Origin: Azolla caroliniana
Taxonomy: Eukaryota; Plantae; Polypodiophyta
Direction: 5' to 3'
Length of the DNA stretch: 64,000 bases
NCBI GenBank assembly: GCA_043228905.1
Contig: JBHGNT010000002.1
Location: forward strand, 28,339,210-28,403,209
Both the position numbers and the translations under genes were made by a program. Below the pieces are notes generated by a model, which worked only from the letters and a program-made list of their open reading frames with translations, was not told where the DNA came from and did no database searches. Below, piece after piece: positions 13,098 to 26,060 of the stretch; position 1 is the first letter of the stretch; each line of letters opens with the position of its first letter.

Positions 13098-13571
13098 TGT
13101 TGAGCGAGCAAGCTCAACCGGATCCGGATCGGCTGAATAAGCCATAGTCAGATCGGTATCCGGAACGGAGAACCGGATCGGTGTCCGGATGACATTCGGA
13201 ACTAGGAGCCAGATCGGAGACCCGGATCGGATTGACACCAGTAGGCCGTTAGATGCCTACGGATCCAGCCTAGTACATAGGCATATTTTTGGGAGTCAGT
13301 GACAGTCGCTCGTGTGAGCATTGAAGTACCTGTCAGTACTTTTATCAGTCCTCTATGGACTTGTATAAAAGTGCTCTCTGAGCACATTTTATGTATAGAG
13401 TTACAGAGTGTTATTTTTTAATAGAATTTTATGTTCTGACCTCTCTCTCTCTCTCTCTCTCCTGTGTATGCTTATTCTCTGTGTTAAGCTTCCATTAAAC
13501 TTTCTTCTCTTTATTGTTACTATTCGGAAAGGAGCCGGTTTGGCATACGCTTCTGCACGCTAACTTTCACA
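13098..13571 (+). repeat. 3' LTR of copia A
   Basis: Preceded by PPT gagggggag; copy of 364-833. Confidence 0.93.
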
Positions 13572-16500
13572 ATAGTCTTGACAAGTATAGAACTAGGTTT
13601 TATTGGTATATATAATATAATAACAATCTTCAATGCATATGACTTATTGTCAAGAATTTTGATGAATTAATATTCTTGGTCATTCTCCTTGCCAGTCAAA
13701 GTCCTCTCAATAACTTGTTTTGCAAAATGTTTTGAACTCATGGTAGGTAAGTATTGCAAGTCACAATGGCAATCAAAAGTAATTTGGACCTTCATTTTAT
13801 GATCACAAACTTGTGGAAATCACCCTTTATTCTTGTTCTCCAAAATTTAGTCACCTCGGATGATGGTAATGGCTAGATTACATTGTGATAGCTATACATC
13901 TGCATGATTGTAAAGCATTTTGATGAACTTTGTCAATCATTTTTCTTTGTTTCTAGTGAAAGATTCCCAACTTGTTATTTGGAAAATGTAGTCACTTTGA
14001 GTGAGTAGGTAATAGGCCCCTAGGTGTGCATACTAACATTTGGGTTTCAACTACATATACTGTAGAACTTCATTTTCAGATAACTATGAACTCATGCACA
14101 TCTTTCTTTGTCCTTAATATCTAAATGTTGTCACCTCCAACATAGGTAGATATTAGGTTCCTTAAGGAACAAACGTAAGTGACAATATTCAACAACATTG
14201 TAGAACATCTTGAGAATATTTTGTACTCAGGACCCAAGAATTTGTTTGGGCATGCAAGTGTATATGAGTTTCTCATGCTATGTTGAGCTTATTTCTCAAC
14301 CACAATAAGTGTTCGATACATGATGGTATAGATCTATTAATATTCCTAGAGCAATTACCATTTCATGTCAGTTATATTCAACAATTGTAATTATGGTATT
14401 TGTTTTGCACATAATTAATGTTAATTATAACATTCAACATTTGTAATTAACAATGTGATTAATGTTCATTATAGTTAATGTTTATTACATTAGAACTAAT
14501 TACAATATGAATCTCATTGCATAATCACATGGTTGATCACTCTAATTATGAGACTAAAGATGATAACATTAAATTTCTACTACCCTTATATTTTTGTGAA
14601 ATGCCCTTGAGTTATTCAATATTCCACCAAATGCCCCCATTTTTGCAACATTGCGTCCCACACATATAGCTCATGTCTTGTCTATTTTAATATTCTATAG
14701 ATTTTGAGAAAAGAGTGGTATAATACACCACTTTGTTTAGAATGTCATGTACGCAAGGCACCTTAGATTAGAATCCAAGAATGTTCATATGTCAATTGAT
14801 TTCGTCGTAATCGTATATCTGTATAAAATGTCATTTGTCAAAGATTGCAAGTTTTCATGTCATGCCAAAAGTGTAAAAATAAATCAGCATGTCATAAAAA
14901 TAATTAAATAAGGCTAACAAATAAGGTTGGCAGTTAAATCAACTTGAAGACCTCCAAAATCTGCCCTTTACTATTTAGATAACATTATCTTAGGTACATC
15001 AATGACGACAATGGAATGACAATAGACCCTTTGAAATACATCACACATAATGCAAGAATAATTAACTCTTGGAAATATTTCTTTTCTTTGTGGCCATCAT
15101 GTATAGTGCAATAATAATTAACTTAGAATAAGAGTGAGGAATCATCTTGTGATTAAGGGCACATCAATTATATCCTAATTTGGTATCTTTCATAGCCACA
15201 TAAAAATACATTAGCATCACCATGCCTACTTGTTTCTCCACAAACCACCCATTGTAGAAAAGTGTTTAGTTTACTATATTGAAGGCTTATATATGCCACA
15301 AGTAATAAGGACACATGTGACACCGTCATAGGCCACTTCCTTATAATAACGTGTGATATGTTGTACATGGGCATTTGAAGAGGACGTTAACAAATTTCAT
15401 TGTCTAAGCCTAACATTTTAGTTCTAAGAGAACTTTTCAAGGAAACACACAACTAGGAAACTTACTTTCTATTGATTATGAATCAACTTGACATAATTGC
15501 ATTGTAAATAACCCTTAATTCATTCATGATCTCCACCATAAGACCTAGAGCTTATTTAACCAATCAGGTTACCTAGAATTATATCAATTGTGTTTCCATT
15601 CATGCACTTTAATAGATTGGGACACATAGAATTATGTCCACATTAGAATTGTGTCCAATACATGTACACACACATACGTACATTTAGCAGATTGAAATTT
15701 TGTTTTTGAGTACACCATTAAAATTCAAGACCTTCATAACCAAAATCAGATGTTGCACATGGAATTTTCATTACGGTCTCATTACAAAACAATGTAAATC
15801 TTACTATACAAAAATATAAAAACGGGCAACTTGGAGATAAAAACATTATTATATGTGGCATGTTGAATAGTGTTGTTTTTTCATCCAAATATGATGTTTG
15901 TAAACTCTACACTTAAAATCAAGAGACCAAGGGTATAATAATGGGGAAACAAAGTTAACGATGAAGAGATATAGAGTATGTATAGTTATGTGGACCAATT
16001 ACATAATTTTACAATCAACTAACGAAAATGAGCCACGATGTTTCTTGACTATGAGTAAATAAATGAATTCAATGGTTAGAAACCAGTTTTCAAGAGTACT
16101 AGGTGATTTTAACTCCAAAAGACCTCTATGTTGTTTTGAAATTAGTCATGTTTTGCCTTGATTTATAAGTTTACCAATCATGTTCATAACGTTTAAAATA
16201 TAGAGTTTCTTCACGTGCTTTTTACATGTCTGTGCATTTGTACAAGGACTTTGAAACCTTTTGTTTTGAAGCAATCTTGAAATTTCACAACTTTTCCTTT
16301 TAGACTAAATGTTACCAATTTGGTATGTAAACCTATAGCTTCTAACAAAGATAGCTTTCCAAATTTAATACAACCCTAAAGTATTTGACTAGAAAATAGT
16401 AGTTACCTAAGTTCATTGTTGGAGTCGAAGGTAGTGATGGATTTGAACAATGTCTAGTCTAGTGGAAAATTTAGATGTGGAAGATGGGATTATTTCTAGA

Positions 16501-17607
16501 ATTTGTCTTTCACGCTTGGTTTTGAGCATAGAGACATATCCACAAGTTGAAAGATAGGTAGCTTTGGGATATATGTTTCCGGAAATTTCATGATATCAAA
16601 TTTTCGTGAAATATCAAATAAGCAATACGATGTCACGATAAGTCAACCTAACGTAATCGTTTATCTCATGGAGGGAGTGAACTTAATTAATGTTAATGGT
16701 GTATGATAATAATATATATATATGTTAATTGATTGTTGGTTTTATAGAATGTAAGCTGACCTATGCTAGAATAGTTAGATCGTGAATGAACATAGTAAGC
16801 AATGAGCACATGGAAATATGCTGAAAACCTTGCCATCTTTTTTATCCTCAAATCATATGATATTGGCCCCATTATTTCACTTTTAAGAATCTCTTAAAGA
16901 GACTATATAGGTTACATGGTTCAAATATTCTAAAATCATACATATGCAATTTCATATCACAACAATGGCATATAATAAGAGTGGATAAAATACATTCAAT
17001 CACATAAAGATTGTATTTTATAAGATTCTATGAGATATATCTTAGGCGCCACCTGAATAGAGAAGTCATAATAAACTCACAAACTCAACTAATTGACAAA
17101 ACTTACTAGATATCATAAATAATATAGTGCAAGCTTGCTTGAATATCTAGGATGGATAGTAACCATGAGCTAGTTTGTAATTACACAGTGACAAATTCAT
17201 AAAAGCACCATTTATAGTATAGAAATTCCTCTCAAGGACGCTCTCAAAATTATGTACTCATTCCTTAAGCTTCAAAACTATATGATAATACACAAAGTCA
17301 AACCCCTAGAATGCTTAAATTGATATTGAATATCCATGTTATTTTCTACAATACATTCCTCCTACCTCTAATTGGATGTAGATATTCAAAGGCTAGTCCA
17401 TGTGAGGTGCACGTCGTAATCTGAACATTGTGCACCTTAGCATAAATTCATTCAGTAATTTGCGGTGAGACAAGAACTCCTTGTGAGAATAATATATTTG
17501 CGTCGTTTATCATGACCCAAACCTTCTCTATATAATTAAGTTGTTGTCCAATGTACAATGTGGAAATCTAGAACAAAGCCCATCCTCAAGTACATACACT
17601 AAGATAC

Positions 17608-20287
17608 ATGGAGGAAGGAAGCATTAATATTAACATAGAACATGGGAGCTTAGAAGATGTATATAGAGAGTTATCCTTCGAAGCCAACCTTTCCTCTTTA
17701 AGCTCTCAAGACAAGATTCCCCCTAATTGTGTCGTGGATGTTGAAAATTGTGACATTGTAGTTGGATCATCAAATATCAACAATATCCCTCTAAATATAG
17801 TTGATGTAACCAAGAAATCATATAAATTCAACTCAATCAAGCAAAAGAAGGGCAACTATGTGAAGAAACAAAAGTCATATTCACAACCTAATCCTTATCA
17901 TGCACATGATGATAAATTATATAGTACACATTCCGGCCCTTTGCCAAATATAGGCTCTAAGCCAAGCAATTATGATCTTAATAGTGGTGATAATGAGGGA
18001 TATGCTATCTTTAGGACAAAAGCACCATTGCTAGAGCGTCGCTTTTCTCGCCTTAATTCAAATCGTCGTGGTCGTCGTGTGGAAGCTGATGGCATTCGTG
18101 CTTCATCCTCATGCCCATTTGAACCCAATGCGGAGAGGTACTTTAGTGCACTTCAAGGACCAGAACTAGATGTATTGAAGGTAATATCCATCCTTTCATG
18201 TAATCCCTCATGTTTTTTCAAAATGGGACTAATCATACCTAGGATGTTTGTACACCTTACTGACAACATAAAGCACAAATCCTAGTATCGAGTACATGTA
18301 CAAGTTTCAATTCCAAACTATGCGGGGAAAGAAGTCTTCATTAAGCATTGAAATATTTGTTTAGACAACCACACACCTTGCAAGACACATGTGATATCAT
18401 CTTGGAAAAAACATAGTGTTATCACAATTTGAGATATATTAGATTGCTCTAAGTAGGAAGCATGTAGATTCAACGAAAGTCCTTGTAAGAAGTGTCATGC
18501 ATAATTGCATTCATATACTTATGCATTGGGGGATGGCTAATTTAGGTTCAAGTAGATGTTACCAAACCTTGTTGTATACCTTATTTACTAGAAGTATCTT
18601 AGTGAGGCTATTGTAGAACAATTGAGGATCTGGCCCTCACTAATTTGGAGTTGTTAATTTTAAAGTTACAAATCTTTTATCGAAAAAACAACTTCGAAAG
18701 TTTTGGGGATTGTACACATCTTTTCTATTAGTCGAGAGAAAATCACTTGAAAATATTCCGAATGGTCAGAAGAGCTCCAAGATGGATGGAGGTCAACATT
18801 GTCCTTATGTAGAGATTCAGATTAGAATCGTTATAGACATGACTAGTAGGCATGGCATGGCATGGCTAGATTGAGATATTATTATAAACGTAGACATACA
18901 AAGCTCATGCTTCTTTCTGGTGATCTACAAACATGATGTTAGGAATCGGAGGATACATTGCTCTCGGTTGAGCAGACATGGCCATTCTTATTGCGCTTCC
19001 CGATCGGATGCTTCGGTATCTGCCTCGGCCTCGCTAGCCAGTCCATCTTGTGGAAATCTCTTTCGACCACGTCGACAATGCTCTTCATGCACATCCCGAG
19101 CTTCATCCATCTGACTCTATGGTGCTTAGCACTCCTCACATTCATATCAGTATTCTCGACATACGCACTCAAATGTCTCTTCTACTTCGAAGCTGTGCGG
19201 CGCGAGTTCTATCATCCGGTGCGAACGAATTTCTTCTTCGCGCCATGGATAGCATGCATGTTTCTGGCATTGGGGGCTCCTCCTCATGCCATGGCTACAA
19301 CCATACATAGCTACTTGTGGATTACAGTCATCACACCCGTCTTCGTACTGGAGCTCAAGATGTATGGACAATGGCTCTCGGGCGGTGAGGGCCGTCTCTC
19401 CGAGGTTGTGAACCCCTCGTCACAATTATCGCTCTTGGCAAATTTTGTGGGTGCTCTCCTGGCTGCTAGTGTGGATTGGATAGAGGTAGCCACATTCTTC
19501 TGGGCTGTTGGCCTAGCACATTATGTGGTCTTGTTCGTTACTCTATACCAAAGGCTACCGACTGCCGCTGTGATTCCTAAGGATCTTCACCCAGTTTTCT
19601 TCTTATTTGTTGCTGCCCCGAGCTCAGCAAGTGTCGCGTGGGCGAAAATCGTTGGAGATTTTGACTTAGTGTCAAGAATTACCTACTTCATTGGCTTGTT
19701 CCTTTACTTATCTCTGGTAAAATCTCTTTGTTACATATAGATATGTATGCATGTATGTGGATTTGTCTAGTTATTTCATTATATCCAAAACCAAAACAAG
19801 TTTTGTTCTATTTGTAGGTCGTCCGAATCAACTTCTTTCGAGGCTTCAGGTAGATCTCAAAGCTTGGTTAAAGCTACATACATATAGTATACTCTTACTT
19901 ATTTAAGACAAGCATGTGAGGGAGATTAGTTGAGTTGGACCTCTGATTATTTGTTTCTTATACACCAAAATGAAATGGTTTTTCTCCAGGTTCTCTATCA
20001 CGTGGTGGGCATATACTAGTCCAATGACTTCAGCTGCAATAGCCACAATCCAATACTCCCTCAAAGTTAAACATCATTTCACACAATTCATGGCTTTAGT
20101 GCTCGCTTGCATATCATCCCTTACAGTGCTCTTGATTTGCATTCTAACCATTCTCCACATCTTTTACTGGCGTGATATGTTTCCTAATGATGTAGCCATT
20201 GCAATCACTAATGAGCGCCGACAAAAGAAGTGGTCAGAGTTTGATCCAGAATTAAATACCACATCAGTATCTCTTGAAGAGGCTTGA
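17608..20287 (+). CDS. SLAC1: SLAC1/SLAH-family S-type anion channel, 558 aa; exons 17608-18180, 18943-19716, 19818-19849, 19990-20287
   Basis: Family motifs RYFSALQGPELD, WPFLLRFPIGCFGICLG, EAVRREFYHPVR, YGQWLSGG, FVTLYQRLPT, VRINFFRGF, FPNDVAIAI. All three introns are GT-AG and the spliced frame is open. SLAC1 versus SLAH2/3 orthology is not resolved. Confidence 0.93.
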
Positions 20288-23200
20288 GCCCAAATTACAA
20301 AAGCACCAAGATCAACACAGTCCCAGCATTTATTAACAAATTTAAAGATGCTGTAACCTTCTACTAACAATTTAAAATGTAAATCAATGGAGTAGTTGAC
20401 ATGCTAGTGAAACACTTGAGAGACATGGTAATATGGGCAATCTATTTATTTATCGTCTAGAATATCTTTATATATGCTATTAATGCATGTCATGTTTGTT
20501 TATCTCCAATGCATTGTGAGCCTATGATTTCCTCAAACTTTGAACTGGTACCATGCTCTAATCGAGTGGTACATGTATATTATACTCATTACAAGTAGTC
20601 GTGTGTGAAGATGGATGCAAAGGGTGAGAGACCGAGCTGGTCTCATGAATGAAAGAGAGGGCAAACTGCACATGAATGCCAGATAAAGATGAAAGATAAA
20701 GCAGACGATTGGGCATGAACCATACACAAACATAAACTTTCGCATTCAATATGTATTCAAATCAGCATTCAATATGTATTCAAATCAGCCTTACAAACAT
20801 TCGACGAAAGAAGTGGTCTAGAAAGTCCCTCAAGGGTAACTTAGTGGAGGTCTAGCCCTAAGGAAAGGGTCTATCTAATGTAGACCAAAGGATGGCCATG
20901 AAGATCAATTTGAGAAACATAAGCTCCTCATATTCCTTATAGATTACCTGGACAATTATAGGCGATTTTGAAAGATTTGTATCCCTCCTGTAGCTCTCCA
21001 TCATGCTATCAAAACTTTCCGGCTTCATGACTTTCTGAGATTGGTTGTCACACCATCACAATTACATTCCAGACTTTCAGATAAATTTTTTGAAACTCCC
21101 TCAATCTCATTGTTTCCCGATACTCTTTTTTCATAAGCATTTCTGGATTTTGGGTCTCATTTCTAGAGCTGCCATCCAATTTCTGAATTGGGTTCTATCA
21201 AATAACCTATTTCTCAAGAATTCCGTTTCTTCGAGCACACTTCTGAGGCAATCACTGTATGAATGTCTCTGGTTGCATGATATTTCTGTCCACAATTTTT
21301 TTTAAAAAAGCAAAAACAAATCCTGTGCTTTTGAGAATAGCTTTGTACATCCTGATTTTTTGTGGGTTTTCACCTCACATTGTAATATAAAGCATTGCTA
21401 GAAATGGGATTTTTTACAAGAATCGGCTAGCTTTGGGTCATTAGAATGTGTTTCGTATCCAAGCATAACATGAATGGGCTGATTGTTTTACTTCATCAAA
21501 TTTTCAACTACCACCATGTGAGGATGACACACATCCTACATGATTATAGGTCTAGCCTAAATTTGGTATGGAAATTCATGTACAACTCATTGTGAAGGCC
21601 AATTTGGGCATATATAGTATATGAAAAAGACACTTGTGGAAGTGTGCCCCTAACCATCCTGCGCAACGCATTGCATTTCTGAGTTGCTTCTCATTTGCTA
21701 TTATTTGGACTTGCAAAAATCAACTACGAGATTCATGACCAAAAACTTCTGGATGTTTCTCGATTCTTTTAAGCAATGTCATTACCTCCTTGAATATTCT
21801 TCCCGCTAGATTATTGTCTACAATAACCATGAGAATATCACACGTATTTTAAGCATGCTTGAGTCATAAGTTATCTATCAATAGATCTAGAGGGCATGAT
21901 TTCCCATTTGCTTTGACTTCTTGATCGTGTAATGTTTGAGGGATTGTGGCTTTCCAAATGAAATTGTCGGCAATCATAAACCATAATTCATATTAAAAGT
22001 TTCGCAGAAACTTTGAAAATTCCTATTGTTGACAATCCCATACTTCAAATCCAAGAAATTTAAGCTCAACTTTCCCTCCATTTCCATAAGTCTCAAGCCA
22101 TACCCAAGAAGGTTGCAGATTGTCATCGTTGCAACTCTCACGAAATGAACACGTGTGGGAGGGCATGTGTGGTTATTACAACGTAATGTGAAGACCACCA
22201 AGGAGTGTTACAAGCTAGATTATTAATTTTTTGGTTTACTTGTGATCCTTGGTCTAATCAATGGCATTACGTGTTATATTCATTGCTATCAACATATGCA
22301 TCTCCATCTAGTATTCCATAGATCTTGATGTTGTAAACATGAGCTATACTACCTCGTGGGTTGGTTAGGTTTTATGCCCATTGATCAGTTGAAATATACA
22401 AATTTGGTATCTTGGATGTATTGCAGCTTTTCATGATGTGTTAAATATGTTTATTTTTCAAGGAAGGACAATTGATTGTTGATTGGCTGTGTAATAATGA
22501 AATGGTCTAAGTCTCAATCAAATGTTTACCATATTAATGACATGCAACCTATGATTCAGATGTTTTGTAGTCATCATTGTTCCTATGGTAAGGTCATTCA
22601 AGAGAGCTATTGAAGATTTTGAACTCTCTCTCACACAGCTTTGGCATTTAAACTCGGCAGCGCTTTCTATTCAAAGTGGTTGGCTTAGATTAGTAATGAA
22701 TATGCATTTCTTATGTTTTTATTGATGAACTAAGTAGTTAATTAGTTTTGAGAATGTAGGTATAATCTTTCAATTAAAAAACTTTAATTAACTATTTGAG
22801 GAGTGAGAGTGATTGCATATTCACCCCACTGATACACTCGAGTGACATTGACACCCTCTTTTGCATGCCAGACAAACTATAGGGTTTTACCCCACTCAAG
22901 CTTTAACATTATAATTTATGATCAGACGACGAATCTCCGAACCTATGTTACTAGGGCAAGCACCCATAAAACTTAACATAATCACATGCATATATTACTC
23001 TCATCTCAAACAAAATGTGGCATCCATTGCTCAATGCTTTATGTAAACATTAACAAAGATGGAAAACAAAATTTAAGATTTGAATATCAAATTGGCCAAG
23101 TCCGTGGTACATCTTAATATGGCTACAGAAAAAATAATGAGGTTATGAGAGCGTGTAGAACACATGGTTGTATTGCATAATCTATTCTTAGGAAAAAGCT

Positions 23201-23407
23201 AAGAGTTCATGCACAAAGACCGCATTTTTTTCACATAGAGAGTTTTTACTACAAAGTAGTACCCCCAAAAGATTCTAAATTTAAGTGAGCTAAGATTCCA
23301 TATTTAACAAGGGGGCCTGGCCTGTACACCTTCCTTTCATAACATTTAGGTTCTCTCTTCTCCAAAAGACACAAATTTGATCCTAATCTTTTAATATAAC
23401 TAAGGTA

Positions 23408-23510
23408 GGCATTTTCCCTTCTCCCAAAATAGATTCAATTTGCTCTCCAATTTCACAAATTTGGCATTTTCCCTTCTCTCAAAATAGATTCAATTTGTTC
23501 TCCAATTTTA
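23408..23510. repeat. Tandem duplication, ~55-bp period
   Basis: ggcattttcccttctc(c/t)caaaatagattcaatttg(c/t)tctccaattt twice. Confidence 0.8.
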
Positions 23511-24692
23511 CATGCTTGTCTGTAACATCAATCTAGTCACTTTTTGCCAATTTAGTTGATTTCAAACCTGGTCAATTCCCAGGTGAACCCTAACACACTT
23601 TTCCCTCCCTTCTAGAAAGACCATGTGTTGATTATCATGGCTTCAATTGATTCCAACAGTTTGACCAACTACAAATATCTTATATTTGACCAGTACCGCC
23701 ACACTTTTACTTTGGATTATAAAGATAAACAAGGCTGCTCATTATTAGAGGATTACATATTTGAAGTCTTGTTCAGATGGAGCTCCTAACAAGGCAAAGT
23801 GGACATCCCTATCTTAATGCATGGATTTGTGCTTTTTTATGTGGGGATGAGGCCTACAACTAACGAACTTGGTCCATTCTAAAATGCCTCCCTACATATG
23901 ACTCAATGCGAGTGATTTCCAAATTTCCAAGATCAAAAAATTACACCAAACTCAAAATTTGTGCGTTTTGGACATTGATCTAATCACGAATGAAATTTAT
24001 GGAATCTCAAACGTTTCTCTAATAAAATTCGTGAAGAGTTGTTGGGTTTTCTATCTTTCTCGAGGCCAAGATTCAAAGTGATCTCCGAAACATCGAGTGC
24101 AAAAAATAGATAATATTTTAAACTAGACTTTTTCCCAAACAATCATGCTCTGTTTCTTTGGGAACAATCAATCCAACATGGTGTCAAAATTTGAGCATGG
24201 TGTAGATTCAGAGTGAGGTCAAGTGTTTGACACGATCAAGAATGATCGAACCTTTGACCGATCAAACATGATCAATCATCCAAATAATAGTGGTTCAAGT
24301 GTGAGACTAGGAATTGATTGATTAATGAGTGCGGTAAGTATCAAAGCTTGTTCGATTGGCGCATGGAATGAGTGTGGTATGAAGGAAGTCTCGACACTTG
24401 GAAGGATGGATGGAACATGTTCCGTGGAAAAGGAGGAGGAGAGGAGGGTGTTGAACTAGTCTTGGTACATAAAGAAGAAGTGCAAAGACTTGGGACTCTA
24501 CATACATACTGATACACCATAGTATGTATGTGTGTATGTATAGTGAGACTAGGCCCTCCTCCTTCGGTCTTTTCTTCTATCTTTGGTTGAATTTGGAATG
24601 AAATGCGCTTAATTATTCAGCTTTTTGGATTCCTTCGCCCTGACCAAGTATATGCCATATCCATCTCTGTTTTTCAGCATCGCTTCTGAAGC

Positions 24693-26060
24693 ATGCATAT
24701 GGTGGACACAAACCCTCCTGCAGGGCTTACAAAACATGGCCTTATGTTGCAACCTATTATAGATACAAACCCTAACCCTAATACGAAAAATAGCCCTAGT
24801 ATACAACACCACCTCCCAAACCCTAATTATAACCATACCCTCACAAACCCTATGTACGATCCTCATCCTAACACTGACCCTAACCTTCACCCAAATCCAA
24901 AGCTTGAGTATTATAATCCTAATCCTAAGACTAACCTTGATCCAAACCCTAACTACAATCTTAATCTTAATCCTGTCCCTAGCCCTAACCCTACACACCG
25001 TCACATATCATCGGTATCAAAAGCCACACCATTATCACTATCAATGAGTCCCCGTGATAATTTTTCGGCGTCAATATGCCGGTCTCTCGGCCCTCATGGC
25101 AAAGTGCTTCTTAAACATTCTGACCGCTTCGACACAATGTCCGCCTTAGACATCATGCGTGAATCGGTGACCTTAATCCGTGCAGATTCGACCATCCACA
25201 TGTCCATCATGGCCATCTTGATCTTCCCTTCCTCCATTTTTCTCCTCTCTCGTGCATCGCTACACTTAATGGTAATGTCTAGCCATTTGTTGTCACCCAT
25301 TTCTCGAGCCATGGGTTGGGCTAGCTTTCTCTATGGCTCCCCCATGGGATCTTTATATGAGTCGCTTTCCCATCCCATTGTTTACTATGCATTGGCCGCC
25401 CCTATTCTCTTCACCATCATGTTATTGGCAAAAGCAAGTATAGCCTATTCCATTGCTTACACATATTCGGAAAAGCCCCATTCACTTGTCATTGCCATCA
25501 CGACCGGTGCTCGGGCATGGAAACGTGCCTTTTCGACATGCTTATGGAGTTCCTTACTTCTTTTCGGATGTGGTTCTATCGCCTCAATCATTTTCTCGTC
25601 CATAATCAGCCTTCTACATGAGTTGAGATTCTCCAGTGACCTTATACTCCTTACGAAGCTCGCCTTGGGATTATTTTACTCGGTCATATTTGTGCACATC
25701 GTGGTAGTTGGAAATCTTGCGAGCACCATCTCGATCCTAGACGAACGATCAAGTTTCATCGCGCTTGTGGAGTCTTTCCACATGATTAAAGGGAAAATTC
25801 ACGTTGCGTTGTCATTGTTTTTTGTTTCAACAATTACCACAAGTATGGTAGAAAGCCTATATGAATATAGAGTAATTGGTATCCCACCAAGTAACTATGC
25901 TATAACCACAGGTTCAAGAATGTGGGAAGGGCCATTGCTCATGTTCATGTACTCATTTTTGTTGCTTCTCGATGTCGTCATGGGGACTATACTCTATTTT
26001 GTGTGTAGATCGGAGAATGTTCAACTCTTTAGTCCCCAAGTCGACTCATTTGATGTTTGA
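24693..26060 (+). CDS. Intronless multi-pass membrane protein of unknown function with Pro-Asn-rich N-terminus
   Basis: 455-aa open frame in AT-rich DNA; about 6 hydrophobic segments; MSALDIMRESV...LIFPSS and WEGPLL...YFVCR resemble a conserved uncharacterised plant membrane family (from memory). Start codon uncertain. Confidence 0.8.
   Translation: MHMVDTNPPAGLTKHGLMLQPIIDTNPNPNTKNSPSIQHHLPNPNYNHTLTNPMYDPHPNTDPNLHPNPKLEYYNPNPKTNLDPNPNYNLNLNPVPSPNPTHRHISSVSKATPLSLSMSPRDNFSASICRSLGPHGKVLLKHSDRFDTMSALDIMRESVTLIRADSTIHMSIMAILIFPSSIFLLSRASLHLMVMSSHLLSPISRAMGWASFLYGSPMGSLYESLSHPIVYYALAAPILFTIMLLAKASIAYSIAYTYSEKPHSLVIAITTGARAWKRAFSTCLWSSLLLFGCGSIASIIFSSIISLLHELRFSSDLILLTKLALGLFYSVIFVHIVVVGNLASTISILDERSSFIALVESFHMIKGKIHVALSLFFVSTITTSMVESLYEYRVIGIPPSNYAITTGSRMWEGPLLMFMYSFLLLLDVVMGTILYFVCRSENVQLFSPQVDSFDV

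Larger units (their letters stand above)
364..13571 (+). mobile_element. Ty1/copia LTR retrotransposon A (degenerate), host of nested insertions
   Basis: Direct LTRs 364-833 and 13098-13571 (TG...CA); PBS tggtatcaga at 834-843 (tRNA-iMet type); PPT gagggggag before 13098; domain order gag-PR-IN-RT. Confidence 0.93.

Noticed and set aside
20800-23300. Short ORFs and possible old TE remnants here and at 28000-35900
   Set aside because: No motifs, termini or TSDs that I could recognise.
24609-25004. 131-aa antisense ORF
   Set aside because: Shadow of the Pro-Asn repeat.
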